From the NCBI RefSeq assembly GCF_009914755.1, contig NC_060931.1: a DNA stretch of 64,000 bases, one strand, 5' to 3'. The notes beneath the pieces were generated by a model. The model ran no database searches. It was not told where the DNA came from and was given only the letters and a program-made list of their open reading frames with translations. The position numbers and the translations under genes were made by a program. The DNA is from the human T2T-CHM13v2.0 reference genome, Homo sapiens. Shown one piece after another: positions 1-15,000 of this stretch; the first letter of the stretch is position 1, and every line of letters starts with the position of its first letter.

Positions 1-524
1 GTTTTGTTCCTGGTGTGTCTGTGAGGGTGTTGCCAAAGGAGATTAATATTTGAGTCAGTGGACTGGTAGAGGCAGACCCACCTTCAGTCTGGTGTGTGTG
101 TGGGGGAGGGGGTGGGGCTGGCACCATCTAATCAGCTGCCAGCATGGCAAGAATAAAGTAGGTAGAAGAGAGTGGAATGAACAGACTTAGTGAGTCTTCC
201 AGCCTTCATCTTTCTCCCATGCCAGATGATTTCTGCCCTTGAACATCACACTCCAAGTTCTTCAGCTTTTGGACTCTTGGTATTACATCAGTGGTTTCCC
301 AGGTGCTCTTGGGCCTTTGGCCACAGACTGAAGGCTGCACTGTTGGCATCCTGTCTTTTGAGGTTTTAGGAATGGAACTGGCTTCCTTGCTCCTCAGCTT
401 GCAGATGGCTTACTGTGGGACTTGTGTGATCGTGTGAGTCAATACTCCTTAGTAAACTCCCCTTCATATACACATCTATCCTATCCTATTAGATCTGTCC
501 CTCTAGAGAACCCTGACTAATACA
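1..524 (+). mobile_element. MLT2A-type (HERVL) LTR, 5' end outside window
   Basis: Consensus-like gtgagggtgttgccaaaggagattaa...ccctctagagaaccctgactaataca terminus. Confidence 0.9.
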
Positions 525-650
525 GCCTCAAAACTGGTCTGGAATTACTCCAAGCTGCCAATCCTATTTCTATTAACCAAAGATAATGTCACTCTTGGGT
601 GTAAATGAGGCACTTACAAACCTGCCATCATTTTTCATCACTTTACTTTC

Positions 651-942
651 TGTCTTTTTTCTTTGACAGTCTCTCTCTGTCACCCAAGCTGGAGTGCACT
701 GGCACTATCTTGGCTTACTGCAACCTCTGCCCCCTGAATTCAAGCAATTCTCATGCTTCAACCTCCCCAGTAGCTGGCACTACAGGCTCATGCCACCATG
801 CCTAGCTAATCTTTTGTATTTTTAGTGGAGACAGAATCTCACCATGTTGGGCAGTCTGGTCTCAAACTCCTGATCTCAAGCAATCGCCCACCTTGGCTTC
901 CCAAAGTGCTGGGATTACAGGCATGTGTGATCATGCCCAGCC
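651..942 (-). mobile_element. Alu (old, J/S type)
   Basis: Dimeric Alu; TSD ttcRtcactttactt at 634-648 and 945-959. Confidence 0.95.
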
Positions 943-1451
943 CCTTCGTCACTTTACTTCCCTTGCGTTTCTTGTGCTTTATCTAGAGTTCCTGGTTTCT
1001 TTCGTTGCTCCTTCCTAGACTCCAAATACACGTCTCTTATTATTCAGTGAAGCTAGTGTTTACTGAGTACAAGCCACATGCCAGGCTCTGTGCCAGGGAC
1101 TATGGATATAAAGCTCAGAGGCCAGCAGAAGGATAGAAAATTAAATTATCAATTTCAATAGTTGATGAAAATAGATCACTTAAGAACAACAACTAGCTTT
1201 GGCTCCAGAAGGGTAAATCAAAGAAGGCTTCAAGAATGAATTGTTGGAGATAAGTTGGGATATGAGCTGAGTATATGATATTCATAATATGTGGATTGAC
1301 TTCCTCTTGAGTGATGCCTAGTCAGGTAAATACTAGGTGTAGCTTAAAAAATTAATAGTAAAACAACCATTGGATATTTTTAAATGTGTTTTATTTCCAG
1401 AATGTACAACATAGTATATTAACATCATTAAGGCATAAATGTTGTTGAAAT

Positions 1452-1937
1452 TGATAAAGATTCTTTGCTTGACCAAACTTTAGTCAGGCTTCTAGACCTT
1501 TTCTTAGCCCCATATATGCACTTACTTCCTTGTAAAATCCAGTTTTAGCAAGAACCCTGTTAAGTCATTTTAGCAAGAATCCCCTGCCTTTAGTATCCGA
1601 TCACCCTCAATGTCTAATCAGATTCCTCATCCTCCATCCTCCAGGTAAGTTCTAATCACCTTGGCCTGTAATCAGCAAGAATCCTGTTAGATTCGTTTAT
1701 CAAGAATCCCCCTTACCCCTGATATTTCCTCTTGGAAATTTTCCTTCCCCTGACTCCCACACAGCTCCTTGGCCATAAATTCCCATTTGCCCATACTGCA
1801 TCCAGAGGTGAGCCCAATCTCTTCTCCCCTACTACAAAATCCCATTGCAATGATTCCTATACCTATCGCATAGATCCTGAATGAAGTTGTCCTTACTGTG
1901 CTGTAACAAGTGTCATTGAATGATTTTTATTTTTAAT
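1452..1937 (+). mobile_element. ERV1 LTR, MER67/MER31-group solo LTR
   Basis: Start tgataaagattctttgcttgaccaaactttagtcaggc, with repeated ttttagcaagaa motifs. Confidence 0.75.
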
Positions 1938-2655
1938 AAGATATATGTAATTACTAATAATCTCTGGTTACTAATAATATAGTTTTTTTTAAAGATTGAA
2001 TATAACCTATCCATTAATTTGGAAATGACAGACTCTTATGTTGCATGTATAATACACTCATATAAGCTGAAGTTTCAGGTAATAGGAAAAACATGTGTTT
2101 GTGTATCTCAAATCCCCAATTACTTCAAAGGCAGCAATAAAAAGTGCCTGGAGAAGGAAGAGTAATGTATACTAGTAAGTTCTATAGCTCCATCTGCTGC
2201 TTCATCTTACTATTGCATATTATTAATACTTTTTATAAATACTATGAATTTTATAAAATTCCCATTTTGCATGGAAAAATGTCCTAATTCTACTAAATAT
2301 TTCATAGAATGTTTAATACCAACGTAGTAATGTGTGGTTAAATATTCTCAAATAATAAGGTAAATCAAGGAAATTGGCACTCATCACTAATCAGAGCCTT
2401 CTCAAATGTAAAATATAATATTTTAAAATAAATTAAGATTATATGTATTATATATTGTCATTAATAAAATAGTTATATATTTCATAATATATTATAAATT
2501 TATATATAGATGAAACCTATATATTTCATAAATATATGTGCATACATAAATAAGTATATGTACACATTCTTAAGTCAATACATATTGTTCTTTTTAAATT
2601 CTATATTATGCCATGCTTTCCAAATGAGAAGAGTAGCTAAAAGAATGAAGAAGGA

Positions 2656-2923
2656 TTTTTTTTTTTCTTTTGAGACAGGGTCTTGTTCTGTCGCACAGGC
2701 TGGAGTACAGTTGTGTGATCATGGCTCACTGCAACCTCAGCCTCTGGAGTAGAGTAGCTGGGACCACAGGTGTGTACCACCACACCTGGCTAATTTTCGT
2801 GTTTTTCGTAGAGACGGGGTTTCATGTTGCCTAGGCTGATCTCCAACTCATGGTCTCAAGAGATCTGCCTGCCTCGGCCTCCCGAAGTGCTGGGACTATA
2901 GGTGTGGGCCACCATGCCCAGCC
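2656..2923 (-). mobile_element. AluJ with internal deletion
   Basis: Alu arms, poly(T), degenerate TSD aaggatttt/agggattct. Confidence 0.93.
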
Positions 2924-5900
2924 AGGGATTCTTTATACCTTGAGTATCAGCAATAGCCTCAGAGACAAAAATAGGAGGAAACATGCCAGGTGAAGAGAAT
3001 TGATTAAGCAAGATGTGGAAAATGGGCATACAAAATATAATTTCAGTAAGTAATTTAGAGCATCTGAAGCATCATTTTCATGTAAAAAATTAGGGAGAAA
3101 AAGAGAGAAATGAAGTGACAATGTGTATCTGATGGGTCCTACATATCTAACCAAGGAGTTAGTTCATGTTTATGTGAAAAAAAAGTACTCATATAACCTT
3201 TTAGGTGCTGTAACGGATTATGTGTGTGTAATATTATTGGGAGTAAGATTTCTGGAGGCAGTGAGTCCAATTTGTAGGCTATTGAAGGGGCAAATGGAGA
3301 AATTATAATATCTAAATGGAGTAGGGTAGCAATGGCCATGAAAATGAAAAAAGTGCTGGATGTTGTGAATTTAAGATCTGTTTCTGCTATTTTTTTTTCT
3401 TCTGTGACACTTCTCCTTCCCTAAGGGATTGTCTGATATCAATTTTTAGAGTGGTTGGGTTGGGGGGGATGAAATAATGCGTTGTTATACACAGTATATT
3501 ACATATGTGTAAGGCATGACATCTTTCATGTTGGCAGATGTTATGCTACAGCTGAAAGAACAAGTTCACTGGAGCTAAGCAGACCTGAATTTGAATCCTC
3601 AATATAACTTGGGCATGTTTGTTGACTTTTCTGAGGCTCAGTCTCTTGTCCAGGGAAGGTTTAACTCTACCATTTCCCTACATACATCTCCAAGTCAGGG
3701 CTTCCAGACCTTCCCTGTTATCACTAGCCACTCCCCAAGCAGGCTTGGTAGCCAGGATGGGCTCTGTCCTCCCCAGTGGAGGCTATCTCACTCTTCAGAA
3801 TGTGTCCCGCTATGCAATCTCTCCCTCCACATGCGCCATCCATGTCTTCTTTCTCTTATAATCTCTCTTGTATACTTTGTTCTTACACAGATATTTCAGA
3901 ATTTATGACTAGGTCAGCACATCATGTTTCCCAATATATGAGTACTTGATTTGTATTAGTTTTTTCTATTTACTTATACACTATTGATTGCATCCTCACC
4001 GTAAACAATGACGAAACTAATATATTGTCCTTCCCCCCACCTCTTCCCTCTCTGAACATTCCAATTTTAGTTAATTATGTTGATTGCTTGGTCACCTTTT
4101 TAACTTCAATTGTCTCAAATTACTTAATTGATGTTTAACCCTTGCAATAAAACAAAAGGGAAATGATCTCATTCCACTTCTACCTTCCTTCCTTTTTTTC
4201 TTATTTATATAATTTGTACATAATCTGGGCTTATAACATTTACAGTCTGTTCTGTATGTATAATCCTAACTTATGTTAGGAAATTGCTATAGTTAAAACG
4301 ATGTCAATTCTCAATTCACTTCTCTCCATGAAGGAGTAGCCAGGACTGGTGTTGCATACTTATCTTAAAAAAAAATAAAAGAATGAGATGAAATATACAA
4401 TCTAATTTTTGGTCTGACACATTGGACAACAGACAGCACAGAACAGTGACCCTGAGGGAAAGGGAGCAAGGTCAACCCTGGGATTGCCACAGCTCACTGT
4501 CTGGAAACTTCTGTCCACAGTACAGACAGGTGGAATCTAAGCAAAACCTGGTGATCTGGGTTGAAGAGATACCCAGAGTGGAGGTCAATGTGGCTAGAAT
4601 TTACAGGGCAGGGAAACAGGAGAGAGCAGCCAGAAAAAGGCAGAGCTTAACACCCTTTTGTGAGATTATTTCAGCACAGAACATCATGCTTAGTGGAGGA
4701 GCCTTTCAAGCTCATTAAACTATTGCAGAAGTTTTATTAGAATGTAATATAATGATATGTTTGCAAATGCCAGAGCATTTAAATTAGACTTAATATTTAA
4801 TTTCCTTCCTCTTCTTAATACAATGTTTTATTGAAGGGCTCTAATCAGACAGCTACAACGATAGTAAGAGATTGTATTTTCTGGGAGAATAGACAGTGTG
4901 GTACTGACAGATAAAGATAGAAAGAGGAAGTAGAGTTTGAGCACCTGATGGCCAGATGTGGGTGCACTGTGTTAATAAGCCATTTCATCAACATTAACAG
5001 CCTTCTGTTATAGAGCAGAAGATTGCTTGAAGTTAGATCATGTAAGGAAGTTTCCTCAAAACACTGAAGCAGATGGAAAGCTGCTTGAATATAACTTCAC
5101 TAGCTGCACACAGTTGGACATCCTCATTTAGGCAGAAGAAAAGACTTCAGCAGAAAGAAGGGCTCAGGTAGGCATGAACCATGCAGACCTGTCTTACAAA
5201 GCATTTGTGAGATCATTTTAAAAAATAAATGCCTAAGATCTTAGTCATATTTAGTTTGTTTTGCACATTTTTCCAAATCCCAGATTTTTTAAATGTTATA
5301 ATTAATCAGATAAAGATGTGCTCAATACAATTCAAAGCTATTCAGGTAATAAGAAATAAATCTTCTAAGATAAAAATATTTTGCATTTCTTATACCTGCT
5401 TGGAATTTGTAAGAGATTCAAATTATGTTTAGTTCATTTTTCAAACTAATATTTGATATGGAATACTTTGCTTAATTATTCTCTAAATCTTACCTGAACA
5501 GAAGGAAAAAACAATTAAAAAGTGTCCTTTAATTTAGCATGTATGTCATATATGTTGCCACTTAATTTTCTTATTAACCAATAAATGAAGATATCTTCAT
5601 TTCCATGTTTCATTGAGAAAACTAATGTCTAAATGGATTGAGTAACCTACCTGACGAAGACTGCAGATCTAGTAAATGGTAGAAACAAGTCATAAACCTG
5701 AATTTAAAATGTAGGATGAGAAATGAGAATAGCCATAAAAGTCACTACTAAAATGAATATACAAACCTTTCAATTATCAAAATACACAAACACACACATA
5801 CAAGGATAATACAATAAAGATTAAGGGGAAAAAGTAAAAACAGAAAGCATTACATAAGATATGATGCCAGAACCTAAACCAAATATGTTAATCATGTGAG

Positions 5901-6940
5901 TAAATATTAATTGACTCCAAGCAGAAATTGAAGAAAAAAAAAATCTTATCTTTCACTGGACCATAAAGTAAAAGGTTGTACAGTTGCAGACAAGCTCAGC
6001 AAGGCCTTGGGGAGGCTATGAGGCATCTTGCTGGTCCATGGAGTTCCTTGTCTCCCAAGACTGGACCTCTCTTAGATCCCTGCTCCCTTCAGTCATTGGC
6101 TGGGAACAGCGCATCCATACTCAACAATGACTTTCAGAGTAAAGATGCTGGGTCCTAGGTCAGTCATGCTCCCAGTGTTGGAGGTGTGCAAGCCCCATTC
6201 ACATAGTTGCTTTACAGAAGCATTGTTTTAGAAATTAAAAGAAAAACAAAAGAAAAAATAAAACACTAGAATAATATTTAAGACTATGCAACTGATTCAA
6301 ATAACCTTCTGAAACCACAGATCATTTAATGAGGATGTGATGGCTTCTTCTAAAAAAATGTAATAGTGTTTTGTTATTCCCTTGTGGCAGGTTTTGTGTT
6401 TATTTTGATGTTTATAATGTAAGTACATCAATAAGGTTACTTTTTATTTGTTTGTTGATCTATTTATTGATCACAGATAATTAGGCAGAATAGCAGATGT
6501 GCAGAATGGCAGGCCATGTGTGATTTTTGTGTGTGTGCAGGAGGGGGCATGAAAATATATGTTTATTATAGCTTTTTGTCATATTCCTTGATCCTTCACC
6601 AATGTTAGATGAGTGAAAACAAAAGCAAAAACAAAAATTGGGGAAGAAAATCACTAGAAATCATTAGAAATTGAGTGAAACAAAAATAAGTGCTATAGAA
6701 AATTGCAGAAAATGGTATGCATCATTCTGTTTTAAATGAGCAAAATATACTACCATATATTTTGGACATTCAACTGATTTTTTGCTGCTAAGCAGAGAAA
6801 CAGAAGTTACATTCTGAGTATTATGGATAAACTATTCTGTAACAGTAATTCTACGAAACTATTGCAGAGCATGCTAGGAAAAACAGATTCTGGGGATGAT
6901 GTGTATTATGATTCATTTATTTACATTGCAGATGCTTAAG

Positions 6941-6974
6941 ACACACACACATACACACACACACACACACACAC
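6941..6974. repeat. (CA)n microsatellite
   Basis: About 17 CA units with one interruption. Confidence 0.95.
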
Positions 6975-8069
6975 AGCTCAAAACAGAAAAGGAAGTCAAA
7001 TGAGGCTTTTCACTTATCATAGCATTATTAGATAGAATCAAATTTTAATGCAGTCCACACTGCTTCTGAATAAGCTTATGTTTAGCTCCCAAATCTCAAT
7101 TATTGATAGTCTCTTATGATGACCCAGGAGAATTCTTAAACAATGAATCTCATTTTAGTGGTTGAAGGCACTCATTAGCTGAATCTGCTTGGGGCTGATA
7201 ACTGATCACTACTTTGAGTAAGTCTTAATCTTTTCTTGTAATGCTCTCTCCTGGTATAACTGCATCTCTGTTTTCACATCCAGTCTTCCAAAATGCTCGC
7301 TACCTTATCCACTTCAGAGATAATAACAACAATTTCCATATGCATGATCTCTGCAGTCATCAAATGAAACATCTAGAGACGGTCACAGTATCTAGTCTAA
7401 GGAGGTCAGATCACTATTGCTGCCGTTAATTCAATGTAATTAGCCATCCTTCGCATTTGCTTTTCTTATGTTTCCACATTGGCCAATACAATCTTTAAAA
7501 AGTGAGTAGTCACAGGAAGGCATCAAAATACTCAACAAGTATATATGGTTGTACAGAGCCCACAAGCCCTCTACACTAGGAAATTTAGAGATCAGGCAAA
7601 GAATTGCTTGCTAAGATATTTAGCACATTTAAAACATTTTTTATTTTTATTATAGTTTTATTATAGTATCCTGGGTTAGCAACACAATAGTTAATTTCTG
7701 TTTTGTCTTCTGGAGAGGGCTTAGTAGTAGGGTTGGTTTAAGATCCCACAACTACAACTTAGATGAATCTGCTCATACCCACATTTAGAATTCTTCATCA
7801 AACCGCTTCTTATTGTTCAGAAGGCTCTCTGGTGAGTAGACACAAGAATTTAGCTTTTTATTTTTTTGAAATGATTCATGATTCTCAGAGCTTTAGTGCA
7901 TCAGGTAGATACACATAAATTAGAAGAAAATTAGTGTATTTGTAGAAGTGACAGAGATATATCTTATTTGTACTGTTGTAATTATATACCATATGCATGC
8001 ATTACTTTTTTTAACATTAAATAATCCATTTACAATTCTTATGAATGCTGAGACTTACCTTGTGTACTT

Positions 8070-9290
8070 CGAGATTCATATGCTGGAAATTTAATCCCCA
8101 GTGTAACAGTTTTGGGAGGTGGGGACTAATGGGAGGGCTCCACTCTCTTGAATGCCACGATGGAGATGTGGCTGGAGGGCTTAGGTGGGTCTCCAGATGC
8201 AGATAAGACCCTCACCCCATCCAGTGTCCAGGTTCTTGACACCATCACGAGAAAGAATTCAGGGAACACTCAGAAGGAAGCAAAAGGCAAGAAGCTTTTA
8301 TTGCAAAGTGAAAGTATACAGTTAAGAGAGAAGTGTGCACATGTTCGTGAGAACGAGTTGTGCTCAATGGAGTTTGAGTTTCTAATTTTATGGGCTCTTT
8401 TAATTAGGGGACAGAATAATCATGAGCTTTTCCAGGAAAAGGGTAGAGAATTTTTAGAATTTGGGTGCCACCCATTTTTATACTAAATATGGATAGGCTC
8501 GGATCTGTCATGGTATTGGTAGGTGAGTGATTTAGTATGGTAATTAGTCTACAGTTAGGTTTGGGGTAGGACATTGGTCAAATCCAATGCCACATTGGAC
8601 CCAGCCAGCCTCAGCTGCTTAGCCCCTATCCTGTTTGTTAGGGTCTTATCAGCCCAGGCCCATCCTTGCCCTTATAGCTAATTTTAATAGCTCCTGTCTT
8701 GCTGCTAGGTGAAATTGCTGCCTGGTATTTTCCTACTTCTACTGTGACCACCCAGCATTCCTGCTTTATGGGTGTTTCTTTAATTTGGGGGTAGAATAAT
8801 CATTAGGTATTTTGGAAAAAGGGGATTTCAAGGACCCCTGGTTACCGACTCCTTTCTCCCTTATTTGGGTTTGCTTGGAAGAGTCCTGCACATGTCACCC
8901 TGACTGTGTTATTAGCTGTTTTCTCTCTCCTACTTTGGGTTTTCTGTAATCCTGTGGTTTCTCTGTCTTTTTCTTGTTTTTGCTGTTGTTTGGGTTTTTC
9001 CATCCTCCTGAGACTATCCAGTGCTATTCCTATCTCAAAAAGAGCTTGTGAAAGTGGGTTTTCTCTCTTCTGTTTTTCTGCCATGGGAGGACACAAAGTT
9101 CTTTTCTTGCTCTTCTATCTTCCACTCTGTGAGAGTGCAGCTAGAAGGACTTCAGCTCATGCTGCTGCTTTGATCTTGGACTTCCCGGACTTCAGAACTG
9201 TCAGAGAATAAATGCCTGTTTTTCTACAATTTACACAGTCTTTTGTACCCTGTTATAGCAGCACAAAGTGGTGCACAAGGTGTTCTAAGA
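8070..9290 (+). mobile_element. MaLR LTR (MST/MLT1A-like) split by an ERV1 LTR
   Basis: 5' piece aaatttaatccccagtgtaacagttttgggaggtgggg (about 8070-8155); 3' piece with ttgatcttggacttccc...aataaa...ttatagcagcac (9038-9290). Confidence 0.75.
8160..9037 (-). mobile_element. ERV1 solo LTR, LTR25/MER61-like
   Basis: Minus-strand start tgagataggaatagcactgg; internal gggctgataagaccct and tataaaaatgggtggcacc motifs. Confidence 0.75.
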
Positions 9291-9346
9291 CCCCTTGGAA
9301 GCATTTTTTTAAATGAATGGGTCATTTTATAATACTTTTTGATTTA

Positions 9347-9452
9347 TAGGTGATGGGTTGATGATGGGTGCAGCAAACCACCATGGCACACATTTACCTA
9401 TGTAACAAACCTGCACATCCTGCACATGTACCCCGGAATTTAAAAACAAAAG
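9347..9452 (+). mobile_element. L1PA 3'-end fragment
   Basis: ggtgcagcaaaccaccatggcacac...gtaacaaacctgcacatcctgcacatgtacccc. Confidence 0.88.
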
Positions 9453-9636
9453 TTGTAAAGATAGTGCCAAGACTTCCCAAATACTCCGTATTCAATTTTT
9501 TCTTGTTTTGTTTTTTTTTTAAGTTTAAATTTTTCATTTTATTGATAAGAAAAATGAGACTTGGAAGAGGCCAGGAGATACTGACTAGTTTGGGCCTATC
9601 CCATGCCAATTATCTTGTGAAATTTAGTCATTGCTG

Positions 9637-10647
<1,011 letters not shown>

Positions 10648-12047
10648 TCATTAGTCACAACTATATTAGCCACAACTAATGAACCAATATTAATACATTG
10701 TCATAAATAGAAGTCTACACTTCATTCAGATTTCCTTCCTTTCTATCTAATATCCATTTTCAGTCCCAGAATTCCATCCAGCATTCAATATTAAATTTAG
10801 TTGTCATGTTCTTGGAAGCATATTTCAACTCTTATTTTTCAACTTTTTCAATATCTATTAAAACAAAATTTTTGATCTTTCAGAATAACATTCTAAAATA
10901 TTTTTACAATTATTTTAACATTTGAATGGTACTTTAAAATAATTTTATATACCTTTAAAGTTAATTTAAAAAAATCTCACTAAAATTTATAAAAACAATT
11001 ATATGATGATACATAATTAAATATGGTATGGATCACATCATGTTATTGGAATATTTGGAAAGCATAAGGTAACAAAAGAAATCTCTGTAAACTCCCACTG
11101 CCAAGACGTAATAATTTGAAAATTTTCATTATAGTTCTTGTTTTGCTTTTATCTAGGTATCTATTTTTTTAAAAAAATACAAATCACATTGCGTTTAGTT
11201 TTCTTTTTCCTACTTAAAATGTAGACTATTTGCAAAAAGCACTTTCTTTGTTACAAAAATATTCTACTCCTATATAAGCCTTTATCTTAAAACTCATTTC
11301 CCTACTGGTAATTTAAGTCTGTTTCAAATTTTTCTCTTTATATGTAATTTCTAACTGAATTTTTTGACAATAAATATGTATCTCATTTTCAGACTTCTTT
11401 GGGAGCTTTGCGTTTATTTATCATTTGCCACTTTTCAAACAGAATTTGCAAGTGCACCAAAAATGCATATAATACATTTAGTACTTATTCTATGATAAAG
11501 TGTTAAGGTAGATTACTTGAAATAAATTACTCCATTAAGTAACATAATCATTGTAAACCTTTTGATAACCATTTGCAAGTTCCAGAAAAGTTTTACTGAA
11601 AAGTACTGTGTGAAAGTGTTTTCTCAGAAACCTCACCAACGCTGGATGTTTTCCTTAAGAAAAGTTAGTTTGTTAAATAAAAATATTACCTTTTGTATAC
11701 TTGAAATAGAAATTGAAATATTGAAATATTTTTAAATATTTCTAGTCATTAGAAGCCCTTTTATAAACTACTAATTTATATCCTTTATCCACTTATCTAT
11801 TATAATGCTGGGGGCTTATCATACCAATCTGAATTAGTTCCAAATAAATTAAAGTTATTAAAATCTTTAATATATTTTGTGTTCATATTAAAATAAATTC
11901 AGTTGTTCAGACACATTGAAAACATTAAATGTTTATGTACTCAAAATATTAGTTTTTATCTGTAAAATCTCCTGTGGCTTTTAAGGTTAAAATGTATTTA
12001 GTTTTCATTTACAAATAAATATGATGTTTCATTTATTTTATTTTATC

Positions 12048-15000
12048 TGTAGTAAATGTTAATCTTCCATGGGCCCTGAGCTCCCTCTACTTCTTGCCAG
12101 TTATGCCAAAAATATAAGGCTTTGACCATTCCTTACCATTTTCTGGGTTGAATTTGCAGCCAGCAATCTTGAATGGTGAGGTAACCTATCCACTCGAAAA
12201 GTAGGATTGCCTACTACTTACAATAAAAGCAGTAAATTCCCAAGCTCAGATTCCCAGCTGCAATAAAAAAACACATTGAATGCACAGTATCTCCCTGGAC
12301 CCTTCCACCCCGCCCCACTGGGACTGAAGGCGGGGGTGGGAGGGAAAAGGAGAACAAACGCAAGTAAGATGATTTTGCTACTTGCTGCATTATGCCTAAA
12401 TAAAGTCTTTTGTCTCTGATACTGGAATTGTGTGTCTTCTGCAAGCATCCACAACACAGTAACAAGCTAACTTAGTTGGTAAGCAGAATAAAACCCCAGA
12501 CTCTGGCCATTTTGACAAGCATGAAATGTTGGCACAGACAGAATTTTCTGGGAGGGGAAAGACAAGAGCTGACCTGGACTGGGTTTGAAGCTATAAGACT
12601 CCCTAGAATCAGTTAATAAATACTTTTGCCTAGGAGGTGGGTGAGGAATACTAGTAAAGCCCCCTGCTCTTATATCTGTGAATGAATCTGAGCAGCAAGA
12701 AATGGGATTGAAATGTCACTTAAATGGCTCATGCTTTTCCAGGTAGGAGGAAGAAGGATGTTTTCATGACAACAGGGAAGTAGGTGGACATATAGCTAAA
12801 GGAAATGGTTTCAGCAAGTTGGACTTAGAACTTTAATTGCACAGAAAATATTAAAAGACTGTTGAGCCTGGGAGACCAAGGGTACAGTTCCTTAAAACTG
12901 TTAAGTAAATGCTAAGTCTAGTCAAGTCTGGAGCAAAGCTGCTTTCCCCTTCCATGCACTCTTACATGTCCCTCTCTCTCCTTTGTACTGACCTCTCTTG
13001 CTTCAGGAAAAAAGGCTGAGTATGCTAAGGAACATTGGGAAGAAGAAGCACTCACAATTTTATAGCTATGTTGAATACAGGCACACAAGTCACTATTCTA
13101 GTTGAGTTCCTCGAGAGGGTATGCTAAACATAGAGGTGGCCATAGGGCCAAGAATTTTGGGGAGGAACCATAAAGGGAGGAAGGTGGAGTGGCAGAAAAG
13201 GGTCCCCAGACTCAAGTCTGGAGATGCACTTGAGAGGAGAAAATGCTTAACCTGAAGCTGCAGACTGTAGGGAAGAAAACATCATTTCTCTTCTCTCCCT
13301 TTTTAGATTCTTAGTTGAGACACTCTCCTGAAAACTAACATCAAATTAATAAATGAAAAACAAGCAGAAGCTTATTAACAAATGCTGTACCCATCATTTG
13401 GAGAAGCCTCAGTTCAAAAGTATTTCTCTCAGAAAGCACTGGCTTGGGCCTTGATTAAATAGCATTTCAACAAAGAGGCATAAATCCTATAGAGTGACAA
13501 GACAAAAAAAAAAAAAAAGAGCAGTTGTAGTCTTTTAAAAAGTGAAAAAATGTGGGAAGACAGTAAATCTGTTTCCAGATTTTTCTGGTGCCTGCTGGTG
13601 CCTTCTCTGGCCTGATAAGTGCTGTCTACAGTAAGGAAGGATTGATGTCTGGCCATCAGGCAAACAGAGGTTGAGGCAGAGTGCTTTCTTGCGTCCTTGA
13701 TGTTTTTAACTTAACAATCCTCAATATTTCAGGGAAAAATACTTGTATTTCCTTCAGGACAGAGAAAGAAAAATAATTTCCTCTATGACCTCTTCCCACA
13801 TCTTAGTCCCTCGTGGCCTTACTTCCCTGATTCCTGTACTTTTGTGTTACAGAATAGTATAATCTCCCAGTGGCTGTGGCTAGAGCCCCTGACCAGTATA
13901 GTTAAACACTTTGGTCTATGTGCTTGAGAAGGAAAAATGTACTTGGACTCAACTAATAGATTTGGGCAAATTGCAGTGGAAAAGGAAAATTAAAGCGACC
14001 TCAGGGAGGGGAGGGGGCAGCCTTTGGGGCTATTCAATGTACTGTTGTAGTTTCCACTATTGGATGTATAATTGGAATTAATGTGCTATGTGCTTGTACT
14101 GTAAGTGCTCATAAAGTCTAGAGTTAATTTTTCTGTGCAGGTACTGCGCAATGTAGAGTGGTGATTCCTGTCTCCCCCTATGTGGTCCAGCAAAAACAGA
14201 ATAGAATCCAGGAGGAAGGAGGAAAGAAGAAAATCACAGCTTTCGTGATCATTTAGCTGACAGTTGCTGTGGGAACACTAGGAGTGGCAACTTCCCAGTA
14301 CAAGGGCGCCACCTGCCTGAAGCAAGTAAATTCCTTCTAAACGGAAGAGAGTTTTTGTCCTGCTGAAACTGAGCAGCTGCAAGCTGGAAGTTTTGAGTCC
14401 TCCCATATTAGGGTGGATCAATCAGACTCCATGACTGACAAGAGACCAGCAAGCCTTGCTGATCAAATGAAATGGTATAGTTGGCTTGGCCCTGGTGGCA
14501 TCTCGGTTTTACATGAAGTGGTTGCACCTACCCTTTTAGGGGAAATTTTATTTCTCATTCTGCTGTCTGAATCAAAGCTGCAAGCTCAATGGAGGCCTTG
14601 ATTTACAGAGTTTCCTCTAAAGGCTTGGACCTGATTCCCTGATGATTCAGCTGAGTTAATAGCTGATAGTGTCCACTGGGTGGCATCCCCAGTCTTTCCC
14701 CGATAATAACTCTGGAAGACCAACTGCAGTAAGTTTCAGAACGAGGGGCTGAATTGAAAGCCATCATCACATCACCGTTGCCTTAGATAATACTTTTAAA
14801 GACTATATAATACTTTTAAATAATAATTTTAAAGACAAAATGTTCGATTTTGACTCTCTCTTAGACAATTGCCAATAGCATACCCAACTGCACTGCCACT
14901 TGGAAAACTGGCGAACTGTGGCAATAAGCCACAGCTGCCTATCAGATGTTTGAGTTGCTTAAATACCCATGCTAATAACCTGTTCTCTGATAAGACTGGC

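Noticed and set aside
5013-5168. Possible + strand lncRNA exon (ctgttatag...cag|gtaggc)
   Set aside because: Isolated splice-like signals with no partner exons or coding signal; expected by chance.
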